Assembly: GCF_018350175.1 (NCBI RefSeq)
Contig: NC_058368.1
Coordinates: 2,418,001 to 2,482,000 of the forward strand
Reading direction: 5' to 3'
Length of the DNA stretch: 64,000 bases
Source: Felis catus
Taxonomy: Eukaryota
Positions 52,224-64,000 of the stretch are shown here, piece by piece. The translations under genes and the position numbers were made by a program. The notes under the pieces are model-generated. The model had not been told where the DNA came from. It saw only the letters and a program-made list of their open reading frames with translations, and did not search any database. The number at the start of each line of letters is the position of its first letter. Within the stretch, counting starts at the first letter, position 1.

Positions 52224-52409
52224 CAGTGGTTCTTAAAGTTTAATCTTTGGACCGGCAGCATCAGCATCACCTGGGAGTTGGTTAGAATGCAAAATCTTGG
52301 GCCCATCCTAGACCTACTGAATCAGAAACTTCAGGGATGATTCTGAACAACCCATGTTTTGACAAGCCCTCCACATAATTCTGTTGCAAGATAAAGTTTG
52401 AGACTACTG
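52224..52409. mobile_element. MER5A (hAT-Charlie)
   Basis: cagtggttcttaaag...gcagcatcagcatcacctgggag...tttgagactactg. Confidence 0.88.
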
Positions 52410-52537
52410 ATTAAGGGAATCTGACACTTCTTAGGGCACCGTTTCTTTCTTAGCCTCTTTGTTTTTCTATTGAGTTAATTTTGGCTCTCCTTTTTATTAC
52501 TTTACTTTCTGTTTATCTTTTTTTCTTTTTACTAACT

Positions 52538-53458
52538 TCTTTTTTTCTTTTTTAAAAAATGTTTATTTTCATTTCGAGAGAGAGTGGATGCATGCGCCCA
52601 TGTGACGGGCAGAGAGAGGGACAGAGAGAACCCCAACCTGACTCTGTGTTGCCAGTGCAGAGCCTGACGCAGGGCTCGATCTCATGAACCATGAGATCAT
52701 GACCTGAGCCAAAATCAAGAGTCAGATGCTTAAATGACTGAGCCACCCAGGCACCCCTCTTTTTACTAACTTCTTAAGTATATACTTAGATTTCATCTTT
52801 ATTTTCTCTCTCTCTCTCTCTCTCTTTTAATTTTAGAGAGTACATGGGGGAGAGGGGCAGAGGGAGAGAGAGAGAGAAAATCTTAAACATTCTATACGCT
52901 CAGCACAAAGCTCAACATGGGGCTCGATCCCATGGCCCTGTGATCATGACTGAACCACCTAGGTGCCCCTCTTTTCTAAATTAGGCATCTAAGTCCTTAA
53001 ATATTCATGAATTACTGCTTTTGCCATACATCTACAAGTTTTCGAATGTGGTGTTTCTTTTTTCTTTTAATTTTTAATTTCATTTTATTTTTTATTTTTA
53101 TTTTTTTAATGCTTATTCATTTTTGAGAGAGAGAGAGAGAGAAACAGCATGAGCAGGGGAGGGGCAGAGAGAGACAGAGAGACAGAGAGACAGAATCTGA
53201 AGCAGGCTCCAGGCTCCAAGCTGTCAGCACAGAGCCCGATGCAGAGCTCGAACTCATGAACTGTGAGATCATGACCTGAGCTCAAGTCGGATGCTTAACC
53301 AACTGAGCCACTCAGGTGCCCCTCTTTTTTTTTTTTTTTTTTAATTTCACCATATTTGGCTTATTTATTTATTTATTTATTTATTTATTTTAAGTAAACT
53401 CTACCCCCAATGTGGGGCTCAAGTTGCATGCTTTATCAACTGAGCCATCCAGGCACCG
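52538..53458 (-). mobile_element. Cluster of four antisense Can-SINEs (about 52538-52757, 52805-52968, 53060-53322, 53325-53458)
   Basis: Four separate T-tails and SINE heads. Confidence 0.9.
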
Positions 53459-53459
53459 C

Positions 53460-54560
53460 TCAAATATGGTGTTTCTATTATTCATTTTTACAAATATTTA
53501 AAATTTTCCACTATGATGTCTTCTTTGACACATTTTGTGAAGTTTTGCTTTAATTTTCAAATTTTTGTTTATCTTTTTGTTTATGCCTTCTCTTGTGCTT
53601 AGAGAGTGAGACTTGTGTGCTATTTCTTTTAAATGTAGAGACTTGCTTTGCATTAATTTTTGTAAATATTCCCTTTGTGCTTGAGAAAAATGTGCATTCT
53701 GTAATTATTGGATCTGTTCTAGATATGTCCAGTAAGTCAAGCTTATTTGTTGTGTTTCCAAATTCTTTCAAAGCTGTAGTTGCTATTGCTGTTTTGTTTA
53801 CTTGTCTTATTTCACGTTTGGGAAAAATATGTTGAACTCTTCCAATCAATATACACATCTTACGGGGCGCCTGGGTGGCGCAGTCGGTTAAGCGTCCGAC
53901 TTCAGCCAGGTCACGATCTCGCGGTCCGTGAGTTCGAGCCCCGCGTCGGGCTCTGGGCTGACGGCTCAGAGCCTGGAGCCTGTTTCCGATTCTGTGTCTC
54001 CCTCTCTCTCTGCCCCTCCCCCGTTCATGCTCTGTCTCTCTCTGTCCCAAAAATAAATAAACGTTGGAAAAAAAAATTAAAAAAAAAATATACACATCTT
54101 ACGACAATAATTTGTCACTTACTTCCTGTAGTTCAAGCAGTAGTTGTTTGTTTGTTTTTTAGTTTTGAGGCATATAAGTTGTAGAATTGTAGTAATTTGT
54201 TGGTGCACTGACTCTTTTTATCGTCATGTAATGATGTATCCTTAATAGTGCTTGTGATCAGAGAATATCTTTTGTCTGAAATAAATATAGCTACTCTAGC
54301 TATCTTTTGCTTATTAGTTTCCTGGAAGTCTTTTTCCATATGTAAAAATGAGGTAAAATTTAGTTTAAGATTTCCCATATCTCTATGTTTTGGTTTTTGT
54401 GAATAGCATATGGCTAGGTTTTGCCTGTCTTTTATCTGGCAAGTTTAGTTCACCAGCTTTTCTTGTGATTATAGACATATTTAAATTTGTTTCAATAATC
54501 TTATTTGGTGCTGTCTATTTGACTATGTTTTCCTATGTTTTTTTATTTCTTTCTTGCCTT
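53460..54560 (-). mobile_element. Old L1 ORF2 endonuclease-region remnant
   Basis: Minus-strand fragments NKLDLLDISRT...ECTFFSST and ARVAIFISDK resemble L1 endonuclease. Confidence 0.7.
53864..54086 (+). mobile_element. Young felid-type Can-SINE
   Basis: CpGs intact; perfect 16-bp TSD aatatacacatcttac. Confidence 0.97.
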
Positions 54561-54955
54561 TTAAATACTGATAATAAAAAAAAAAGAATACTGGTTGGAA
54601 ACGATACCTTCAATTTTCATAGTTGAACTCTTATGCATACTTATTTATCAACATTTAAAGTTAATATTTTAGCCCTCTTTTGGACAACTTGGGTCCTTGG
54701 AACACTTTAGCTCTGATCACTTTGTCCCAATTTTTATCTTGTTTTTATTCAACATTTTATTCTAGCCTTATCTTTCCAAATCAAACATTACTATTGATTC
54801 AGAAGATATTCCTGCATTTTAGGCAAGTTATTTGCCCACTTCTTCCTGCATTTCAGTCCCCCTTTCTGAGATCATTTTCCTTCTCATGAATATATCTTTT
54901 ATAAGTTCCTCTAGTGTTGTCTTATGGTCTACATAGATGCTTATTTTAGAAAAGA

Positions 54956-55037
54956 GGGGCACCTGGGTGGCTCAGTCCATTGAGCGTCTGACTCTTGATT
55001 TTGGCTCAGATCATGAACCCAGGGCCATGGGATTGAA
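54956..55037 (+). mobile_element. 3'-truncated Can-SINE
   Basis: Head only; no tail. Confidence 0.85.
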
Positions 55038-55111
55038 TGTAGTCTTACGGACTACACTAGGGGAACTTAAAAATACTCAGTTTTTTAATTTATCAGGATT
55101 TACATTAAAAT

Positions 55112-55545
55112 GATATCACCTGGAAACACATATAATTTTACTCCTTCCTTTCCAATTTGGACACCTTTTATTTCTTTTTCTTGCCTAATTGCTCTGGCTA
55201 GAATTTCCAGTACCGTGTAATAGAAGTGGTGAAAGTAGACATGTTCGCCTTGTTCCTAATTTTAGAGGAAAAGCTTCCTAACTTTTACTACTGAGTGTGA
55301 TGTTTCCCATGGAATTTTCATGTGTGGCCTTACTTATATGTTGAGGTAGCTTTCTTCTATTCCTAGTTTGTTTAATGTTTTTATCGTGAAGGGGCATTGA
55401 ATTTTGCCAAATCCTTTTTCTATAGCAATTGAAATGATCAGGTGGTTCCTCCCATTTCATTCTATTTTTGTGGCATATCACATTGATAGTTTTCATATAC
55501 TGAACCATTCTTGAATTCCTTAAATAAATCCCACTTGATCATGGT
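55112..55545 (-). mobile_element. Older L1 ORF2 RT fragment
   Basis: ctccttcctttccaatttgg...cctaattgctctggctag...aatcccacttgatcatggt. Confidence 0.85.
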
Positions 55546-55547
55546 TC

Positions 55548-58500
55548 ATTATTTATTTATTTATTTACTTACTTACTTACCTACCTACTATTTTTAAAAA
55601 TATAATTCATTCTCGAATTGACTAACATACGGCGTATAAAGTATGCTCTTGTTTTTTGGGATGGATTCCCATGATTCATCACTTACATACAACACCCAGT
55701 GCTCATCTCAAGTGCCCTTCTCAATGCCCATCACCCATTTTCCCCTCTCCCCCACCCCCCATCCACCCTTAGTTTGTTCTCTGTATTTAAGAGTCTCTTA
55801 GGGTTTGCCTCCCTCCCTCTCTGTTTGTAACTATTTTTCTCCCCATCCCTTCCCCCATGGTCTTCTATTAAGTTTCTCAAGATCCACAGTGAGTGAAAAC
55901 ATATGATATCTGTCTTTCTCTGACTGACTTATTTCACTCAGCATACCTTCCAATTCCATCCACGTTGCTGTAAATGGCATGATTTCATTCTTTCTTGTTG
56001 CCAAGTAGTATTCTGTTGTATATATAAACCACATCTTCTTTATCCATTCATCAGTTGATGGACATTTAGGCTCTTTCCATAATTTGGCTATTGTTGAAAG
56101 AGCTGCTATAAACATTGGGGTACATGTGCCCCTATGAATCAGCACTCCTGTATCCCTTGGGTAAATTCCTAGCAGTGCTATTGCTGGGTCATAGGGTAGT
56201 TCTATTTTGAACTTTTTGAGGACCCTCCACACTGTTTTCCAGAGTGGCTGTACCAGTTCACATTCCCACCAACAGTGCAGGAGGGTTCCCGTTTCTCCAC
56301 ATCCTCGCCAGCATCCGTAGTCTCCTGAGTTGTTCATTTTAGCCACTCTGATCGGCGTGGGGTTGGTATCTCAGTGTGGTTTTGATTTGTATTTTCCTGA
56401 TGATGAGTGACGTTGAGCATTGTTTCATGTACCTGTTGGCCACCTGGATGTCTTCTTTGGAAAAGTGTCTTTTCATGTCTTCTGCCCATTTCTTCACTGG
56501 ATTATTTGTTTTTCGGGCATTGAGTTTGTTAAGTTCTTTATAGATTTTGCATACTAACCCTTTATCTGTATATGTCATTTGCAAATATCTTTTCCCATTC
56601 CGTCGGTTGCCTTTTAGTTTTGTTGCTTGTTTCTTTTGCAGTGCAGAAGTTTTTATCTTGATGGAGTCCCCATAGTTCATTTTTGCTTTTATTTCCCTTG
56701 CCTTCGGAGACGTGTTGAGTAAGAAGTTGCTGCAGCTGAGGTCAAAGAGGTTGTTGCCTGCTTTCTCCTCTAGGGTTTTGATGGTTTCCTGTCCCACATT
56801 TAGGTCTTCCATCCATTTTGAGTTTATTTTTGTGAGTGGTGTAAGAAAGTGGTCTAGTTTCATTCTTCTTCATGTTGCTCTCCAGTTCTCCCAGCACCAT
56901 TTGCTAAAGAGACTGTCTTTTTTCCATTGGATACTCCTTACTGCTTTGTCAAAGATTAGTTGGACATACATTTGTGGGTTCAATTCTGGGTTCTCTATTC
57001 TATTCCATTGGTCTATGTGTCTGTTTTTGTGCCAATACCATACTGTCCTGATGATTACAGGTTTGTAGTAGAGGCTGAAGTCTGAGATTGTGATGCCTCC
57101 CACTTTGGTTTTCTTCCTCAGTATTACTTTGGCTATTCGGGGTCTTTTGTGGTTCCATACAAATTATAGGATTGTTTGTTCTAGCTTTAAGAAGAATGCT
57201 GGTGTAATTTTGATTGGGATTGCATTGAATGTGTAGATTGCTTTGGGTAGTATAGAATGTTTTTCCGTTTCTTTGTGTCTTCAATTTTGTTCATAAGTTT
57301 TCTATCGTTTTCAGCATACAGATCTTTTACATCTTTAGTTACGTTTATTCCTAGGTATTTTATGGTACTTGGTGCAATTGTAAATGGGATCAGTTTCTTG
57401 ATTTCTCTTTCTGTTGCTTCATTATTGGTGTATAGAAATGCAACCAATTTCTGTACATTGATTTTGTACCCTGCGACGTTGCCTAATTCATGCATCAGTT
57501 CTACAGCGTTTTGGTGGAGTCTTTAGGGTTTTCCATGTACAGTATCATGTCATCTGCAAAAAGTGAAAGTTTGACTTCTTCTTTGCCAATTTTTATGCCT
57601 TTGATTTCATTTTGTTGTCTGATTGCTGATGCTAGCATTTCCAACACTATGTTAAACAACAGCTGTGAGAGTGGACATCCCTGTCGTGTTGCTGATCTCA
57701 AGGGGAAAGTTCTCAGTTTTTTCCCAATTGAGGATGATATTAGCTGTGGGCTTTTCATATATGGCTTTTATGATGTTTAAGTATGTTCCTTCTATCCTGA
57801 CTTTCTTGAGGATTTTTATTAAGAAAGATGCTGTATTTTGTCAAATGCTTTTTCTGCATCTATTGACGGGATCATATGGTTCTTATCCTTTTATTACAGT
57901 GATGTATCACACTGATTGATTTGCGAATATTGAACCAGCCCTGCAGCCCAGGAATGCATCCCACTTGATCATGGTGAGTGATTCTTTTTATATGCTGTTG
58001 AATTAGATTTGCTAGTGTTTTGTTGAGAATTTTTGCATCCACGTTCATCAGGGATATTGGCCTGTAATTCTCCTTTTTTGTGGGGTCTCTGTCTGCTTTG
58101 GGAACCAAAGTAATGCTGACTTCATAGAATGAGTCTGGAAGTTTTCCTTCCCTTTCTATTTTTTGGAACAGCTTGAGAAGGATAGGTATTATCTCTGCTT
58201 TAAATGTCTGGTAGAATTTCCCTGGGAAGCCATCTGACTTAGGACTCTTATTTGTTGGGAGATTTTTGATAACTGATTCAATTTCTTCACTAGTTATGGG
58301 TGTGTTCAAATTTTCTGTTTCGTTCCGTTTAGGTTTTGGTGGTGTGTGGGTTTCTAGGAATTTGTCCATTTCTTCCAGGTTGTCCAGTTTGTTGGCATCT
58401 AATTTTTCATAGTATTCTCTGATAATTCCTTGTATTTCTGAGAGACTGGTTGTGATAAATCCATTTTTATTCATGATTTTATTATTTGGGTTCTTTCTCT

Positions 58501-58882
58501 TTTCTTTTTGAGAATTCTGGCTAGGGGCTTATCAATTTTGTTTATTTTTTCAAAAACCACCTGTTAGTTTCATTGATCTGTTCTACTGTTTTTTTGGATT
58601 CTATATTGTTTATTTCTGCTCTGTTCTTTATTATTTCTCTTCTTCTGCTGAGTTTGGGTTGTCTTTGCTGTTCTGCTTCTAGTTCCTTTAGGTGTGCTGT
58701 TACATTTTGTACTTGGGATTTTTCATGTTTCTTGAGATACGCCTGGATTACAACGTATTTTCCTCTTAGGAGTGCCTTTGCTACATCCCAAAGCGTTTGG
58801 ACTGTTTTGTTTTCATTTTCATTTGTTTCCATATATTTTTTAATTTCTTATTTAATTGCCTGGTTGACCCCTTTGTTTCTTT
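55548..58882 (-). mobile_element. 5'-truncated carnivore L1 (about 3.3 kb) with frameshifted ORF2 and 3'UTR
   Basis: Successive minus ORFs carry [33 protein letters not shown] (RT) and [14 protein letters not shown]; multiple frameshifts; tail turned into a microsatellite. Confidence 0.97.
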
Positions 58883-58899
58883 AAAAAAAATTTTTTTTT

Positions 58900-59119
58900 T
58901 TAAATTTTTTTTTTTTCAACGTTTATTTATTTTTGGGACAGAGAGAGACAGAGCATGAATGGGGGAGGGGCAGAGAGAGAGGGAGACAAAGAATCGGAAA
59001 CAGGCTCCAGGCTCTGAGCCATCAGCCCAGAGCCTGACGCGGGGCTCGAACTCACGGACCGCGAGATCGTGACCTGGCTGAAGTCGGACGCTTAACCGAC
59101 TGCGCCACCCAGGCGCCCC
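58900..59119 (-). mobile_element. Young felid-type Can-SINE nested in the tail of the adjacent SINE
   Basis: TSD taaaaaaaattttttttt at 58882 and 59120. Confidence 0.95.
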
Positions 59120-59341
59120 TAAAAAAAATTTTTTTTTAAACATTTTTTCATTTTAGAGAGTGAGAGAGACAGAGCATGAGTGGGGGAGGGGCAGAGAGAG
59201 AGGGAGACACAGAATCCGAAGCAGGCTCCAGGCTCTGAGCTGTCAGCACAGAGCCCGACGCGGGGCTCGAACTCATGAACCCTGAGATCATGACCTGAGC
59301 CGAAGTTGAACGCTTAACTGACTGTGCCACCCAGGCACGCC
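59120..59341 (-). mobile_element. Can-SINE
   Basis: Typical body and head. Confidence 0.95.
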
Positions 59342-59611
59342 TGATTTATGATTTTTGATTGAGAATTCATATTTAGTCGGTTAATGTGTGGAAACCCTGG
59401 GGACCTCAGTTGAGGATATTTGTTTCTTCTTGGAAGATAGGGGTTTCTTTGGACCTTTGTCGAGTCTCTGGCCAAATCCTCATGCCTTTATTTCAACTCC
59501 CCTCCCTTCATCATGGCTAGGTTGATATGTAATATTTACTGCCATGCAACACAGCACTTTACCCATGTTTATAGCTCACTGTGTATTTTTCTTCCTTGTA
59601 AGTTTATGTTA

Positions 59612-60020
59612 TGAATCAGTTAGAATAGGCTAGGCTACGTTGTGTTAAACAATTCCAAAAATCTCAGTCTTTTGGAACAGCATAAGTTGATCTCTCACCC
59701 ACATAGGGACTGATGCAGGTCACGGTATATGTATCACCAGGGCCGCTGTCCTCAGGCAGCCCAGGTTACTTTGTTCTTATGGTTCTACTGTGTCAACGTG
59801 AGGCCCCTGCTTTCATGACGTAAACGGAAAAGAGAGCAGAGAGAATTTTATATGAAACTTCTATTCTGTCAACTCAAAAGCGACATTTGTCATCCAGCTC
59901 ATGTTTTTGGAGGGAGTTATGTGATTCCTCCAGCCGCAAGGGACCTGGGAAATCCGATCTTCCACAGGCCCAAGAAGGAAAGGAGAATCAGATACTGGTA
60001 ACCCCTGATAATGACTGCCA
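59612..60020 (-). mobile_element. Ancient MLT1-type LTR
   Basis: tcagttagaataggctaggctacgttgtg...aaatctcagt...tgactgccaca. Confidence 0.7.
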
Positions 60021-62381
60021 CAGCTTAATTCCCGAGAGGCCACCAATGTGGCAAAAATGGCTTTTTACGTAGAATTTCCTTGTTGCACGTCGAGAGGGCC
60101 TTTCACACTATGTAGACTGCAACTCTGTGGGATGGGACGCTCCCAGCTCGTTCTTACATGCACCGAGATCTGAGAGCCCGACGACATCTGGTGATGTTAC
60201 AAGTTCCACTACTATGAGTTTTTAAAAACTCTGACTGCTTTTGATGAGGTGAATGAAATAATGAGATAATTGTCTAGTTTTATTTACCCCGAAGCAAATA
60301 CTTGTATTCTTTAAATGTAATGAAATAGAATATGGTGGATATGAGTTTGGATAGAGGCAGCACAGAGTACTATATAAAAATATAAAGGAAGATATTTGAA
60401 AAAAATGTAAGTTAAATAGGATTGAGGAAGGTGAATGATTTTTGGAAAACTTTCTAAGGCACATATTACTGTCATTTCACCATGATCCTTTGAAACAGTT
60501 GAGCACTTTTGGATTCCTCTCTGGTGAGTGTCGATACTCCGTACTCGGATGAAACGATCAATTCTAGAATGTTTAGGATGTGTAACACTAGTGGAGTTAG
60601 GTCTTTTAAATTCTTATTAGAGTTATTAATTTTATTACTTCTTTTATTGATAGTTTTCTTTTTAAGATGTTGTTATAATGTGAAAATATATATACTTTAG
60701 TCTCTAGGCTCGGAAGTAAGCTGAATTAAGAAGCATAATAAAACATGTCAAGATTAACAATTTTAATTGATACATTTGACTCCAAACTTGAGTAAGATTT
60801 ACCAGAATGTCTGTATCTAAGTCTAATGTGAATTCCAGAGTTTTGAATAATTGCAGTGTGTGCAGCTGGAAGAAACAACTTAAATAGGAAGGAAATCTAT
60901 TACGTCACAACACTATTAAGGAAACAAATATAGAATTACTAGTGTTTAAATCTATTTTCAGTAGTTTAAAATTATATGTTGCATGAAAATGCTAAACTCA
61001 AAGAAGCTTATTGAGTCTCTAGCTTCTCTGAGCAGCTGCCAATGGCTAATGGTTATAATTATTATTATTATTGACAATAATAATAATTAATAGTAAAATC
61101 TACCTTAAAATATGATGCTTTTAAAAATAATATTGAAGATGACAAAGGGTATATAAATTTTCCCTAATAAAGTTTAAGATTGTAAAACTACCTCATAATG
61201 ATTATTTCCTCTAAAGCACATTACATTTTAACTGGGATTATTTCCTATAGTCAAGATATTTAAAGAAAACACTTAGGAAAAATACACCAAAGTCTTTAGG
61301 AATAGAAGTGCTATCTGAATGGAAAAAAAGATATTGTTATTCTAATATTTGTAGTAATAACAAGGAAAAAAGACTCATTTGCCCATTATATTCAGTAATA
61401 TTTGAATGGTGATTTAATTGACCTTATAATTTTAAGATACTCTTTTTTAATGATAAATTTTGGTATGATATTCTGCAAATTTCTTATATACTAACAAAGA
61501 GAACAAGTTTCTTCTTAGAACTTAAGGGTGGTGTGATAATGGTCAACATAACTGATGCCACATGCCTGGCCCCTGCCATCACGCTTAACATGTATGGGCT
61601 CATTTAATTTCCCAGCAGCCCAAGGAGGGCGGTCACTCCGTTGACTGCACAGAAGAAGGAGGCTCCGAGATTTGCCCATAGACAGTCCTATTCCAGTCTT
61701 CCTTCTTAACTCTGGTACTGTGCTCCCTCCCGGAGAGAAAGTCAGGGAACCACACTACTAACAAATTGCTTCTTTTAAACCTAACCCTCCTCCTACTATC
61801 AGTGGGATAATAGTTGGTTTGTGTACACACGATAAAAACAAGACAATATATTGCTAAATAAAACCAGAGTTGTCAAAAGTGAAAGGTGAAATTTGAAATC
61901 TCTTTTTCGAATAAAGGAGTTATATAATTTTGGATTTGGAAGAAACTTTTAAAATTATTTATTAACTCTTTAATTTTACAAAGGAAATAAAATGAATCCA
62001 GAGACTTGACGTTTTTTGTGCTGGATGTAGTGATAGAACCTAGGTCTACTGACTCCTAGATAAGTACTTTCTTCCAGATAAAAATTTTTCTTTCTTTTCT
62101 TTTTTTTTTTTTTAAACACCATCTTGCTATTAGGCTTTAATAATTCAGCGTTCTAGATATGACTAGCAAAACCAAAGCCTGCCATGTTAGGTTTAATGTT
62201 GGCAGTCTTGTTTACTTCTTACCAAATAATCATGAAACTACATTTCCTGCCTTCAACTCTTTCTTTTCTCTGACCTCTTTTTTATTGATTGATTCTTATG
62301 TAATGTGTGTCCAGTTTCTGTAGATGAAAGGTGACCAGAAGATGAATCTGCTGCTTTTGACTGATGATAAAAAACAGTGCT

Positions 62382-62560
62382 CGGGGCCCCTGGGTGGCTC
62401 AGTTGGTTAAGCATCTGACTTTGGCTCAGGTCATGATCTCATGGTCTGTGACTTCGAGCCCCTAGCCCCTGCTTCAGAATCTCTCTATCCCTCTCTCTCT
62501 GCCCCTCCCCCACGCATGCTTTTTCTCTCTGAAAAATAAAATAAACATTAAAAATCATTT
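62382..62560 (+). mobile_element. Can-SINE with internal deletion
   Basis: Head and A tail; TSD aaaa(c/t)agtg. Confidence 0.9.
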
Positions 62561-63074
62561 AAAAATAGTGAAATAAAAATAAATGCTCTATGTGTTCATG
62601 AAAATATCTTCAGAAAATGTTTCCTCTCGTGGATATCCCATCGGAAGGGAGGGCAGATCAATTCCACAGCTTGTGGCCGCCAACCGAGGGGCAGGGGCAA
62701 CGATATTTTGGGGGCCAGCCTACACCTCATACCTCCATGTCTGTCTAATCAGTAGTGGCATCGCTTCTCCGAGCAGTGTGGTAAGCAGGTCCTTACACTG
62801 ACCAGCGCCCTGCCTTCAGCACCTATTGGACACTGTTTTGCGGTATCCCATGGTAGCTACCTTTCTCTAGTACTGATCTAACTCACCCGTGACAGCGATA
62901 GCCGTCTTGTGACGAAGAGGTCTGCAGTCATGGAGGCAGTTAATCGCAGTGCACTGTGGGAAAATGCTCAGCTCAGACATTGCTAATGTGTGGACCCATC
63001 GTTTCCAGTAGTGTTGGGATTGTGGGGCAGCTACAGGAACACCAGCAGCCTAGATAGCAGAGGACCGGGCGAAG

Positions 63075-63320
63075 AGATGGAAACTATGCTTAGGAGGTGC
63101 CTACTCAGTGCCTGGTTTGTGCTAGAGGCTACCTGCATGACCTCGTGCAGTTATTCAACCCAGATGTGTAATCTTCATTTTCTAGAGAGGCCCATTGCAC
63201 TCCTGGGAGGTCAGGTAACTTGACCATGGTTGCCCAGCTTATATGGGCACGTTACATTCCCGTGGCCAGCTGTGGGCCTGTTTACACTCGGATCCTTACC
63301 ATTGTGCTGACCTCGCACAC
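63075..63320 (-). mobile_element. MIR remnant
   Basis: cattttctagagagg...aggtcaggtaacttgaccatggttgcccagct. Confidence 0.55.
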
Positions 63321-63829
63321 TGCTCCCATGTCAGGCGGCCTCCACGTTGGCCGGGCTAAAAGACGGCTCCAGGAGGAATCTGGCAGAAAGGGAGAAGCCA
63401 GGCATTTCTTTGGTTGCCGTGGCTCTACCCGGTCCACCATGGGTCCAGCTTCCACCAAGTGACCCTGGGTTGTGATAGCTCGCTTTTCCCTTTAAGTTCA
63501 GGCTTGTTGCCAATCTCCAGACCACTTCGCTCAGCTCTTCCATGGCTTCTGTTATACCTCTGTTCCAGGTGTATTTGACTCTAAAGTTGACATTAGAAAA
63601 AAATCTGATCGAAGTCCAAGAGCTGTCACTTTGCCTTCTTTTCTCTAAAATTGAGTTAAAACTTTTGCCTTCTTTATCTCCCAAGATTGTTTGAAGCTCA
63701 GATGAGACAGTGTAGGGGAAGGCTTTGCAGTAAAGAGATGTAGTATTATATGTTTCCGTCACTGAAACAGATAGTCTGTACAGGCATTGGGCCCCAGACT
63801 TTGGCAAAGCCTTTCTGTCTAGAAAAGTC

Positions 63830-63978
63830 TTCTATCTGGATGGGGTGTGGGGGTGGGCTTTAAAATTACTGCTGCTTGGGTCCCACCCACATGGATTCTG
63901 ATTTCAGGTGTCTTGGGAACCTATGTTTTCAAAAATCTCCAGGTGGTTCTCATGTGCAGTCGGGGTGAGAAACACAGC
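63830..63978. mobile_element. MER5-like element
   Basis: cttgggtcccacccacatggattctgattt...ctccaggtggttctcatgtgcag. Confidence 0.7.
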
Positions 63979-64000
63979 TTTCTATCAGTGGTTCTTGAAG

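Noticed and set aside
53550..54184. ORFs of 181 and 134 aa, and similar GAWVAQSV-type ORFs elsewhere
   Set aside because: Translations of Can-SINE and L1 sequence.
55831..58832. Active reverse transcriptase gene
   Set aside because: L1 ORF2 is broken by frameshifts and a deletion, with no ORF1 or promoter.

Overview
Mammalian (felid-type carnivore) genomic DNA. The only recognisable gene segment is MICU2 exon 1 (minus strand, CDS 28833-28624, 70 codons, CAG|GT donor), inside a CpG-island promoter with BANP, YY1 and ETS motifs. Positions 1-28623 are MICU2 intron 1; I did not find exon 2 in the window. Positions above about 29.2 kb are upstream intergenic DNA, toward FGF9 if human synteny holds. 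The rest is repeat-rich: over 30 Can-SINEs, L1 fragments (one 3.3-kb truncated copy, one 5'-inverted copy), MaLR/ERVL LTRs and old DNA transposons. I found no convincing new gene or biological system. The best leads are an LTR element with mismatched LTR types, CpG-rich old repeats, upstream ATGs overlapping the MICU2 start, and a compact motif cluster. Repeat family names come from recalled consensus sequences, not a search, and repeat boundaries are approximate.
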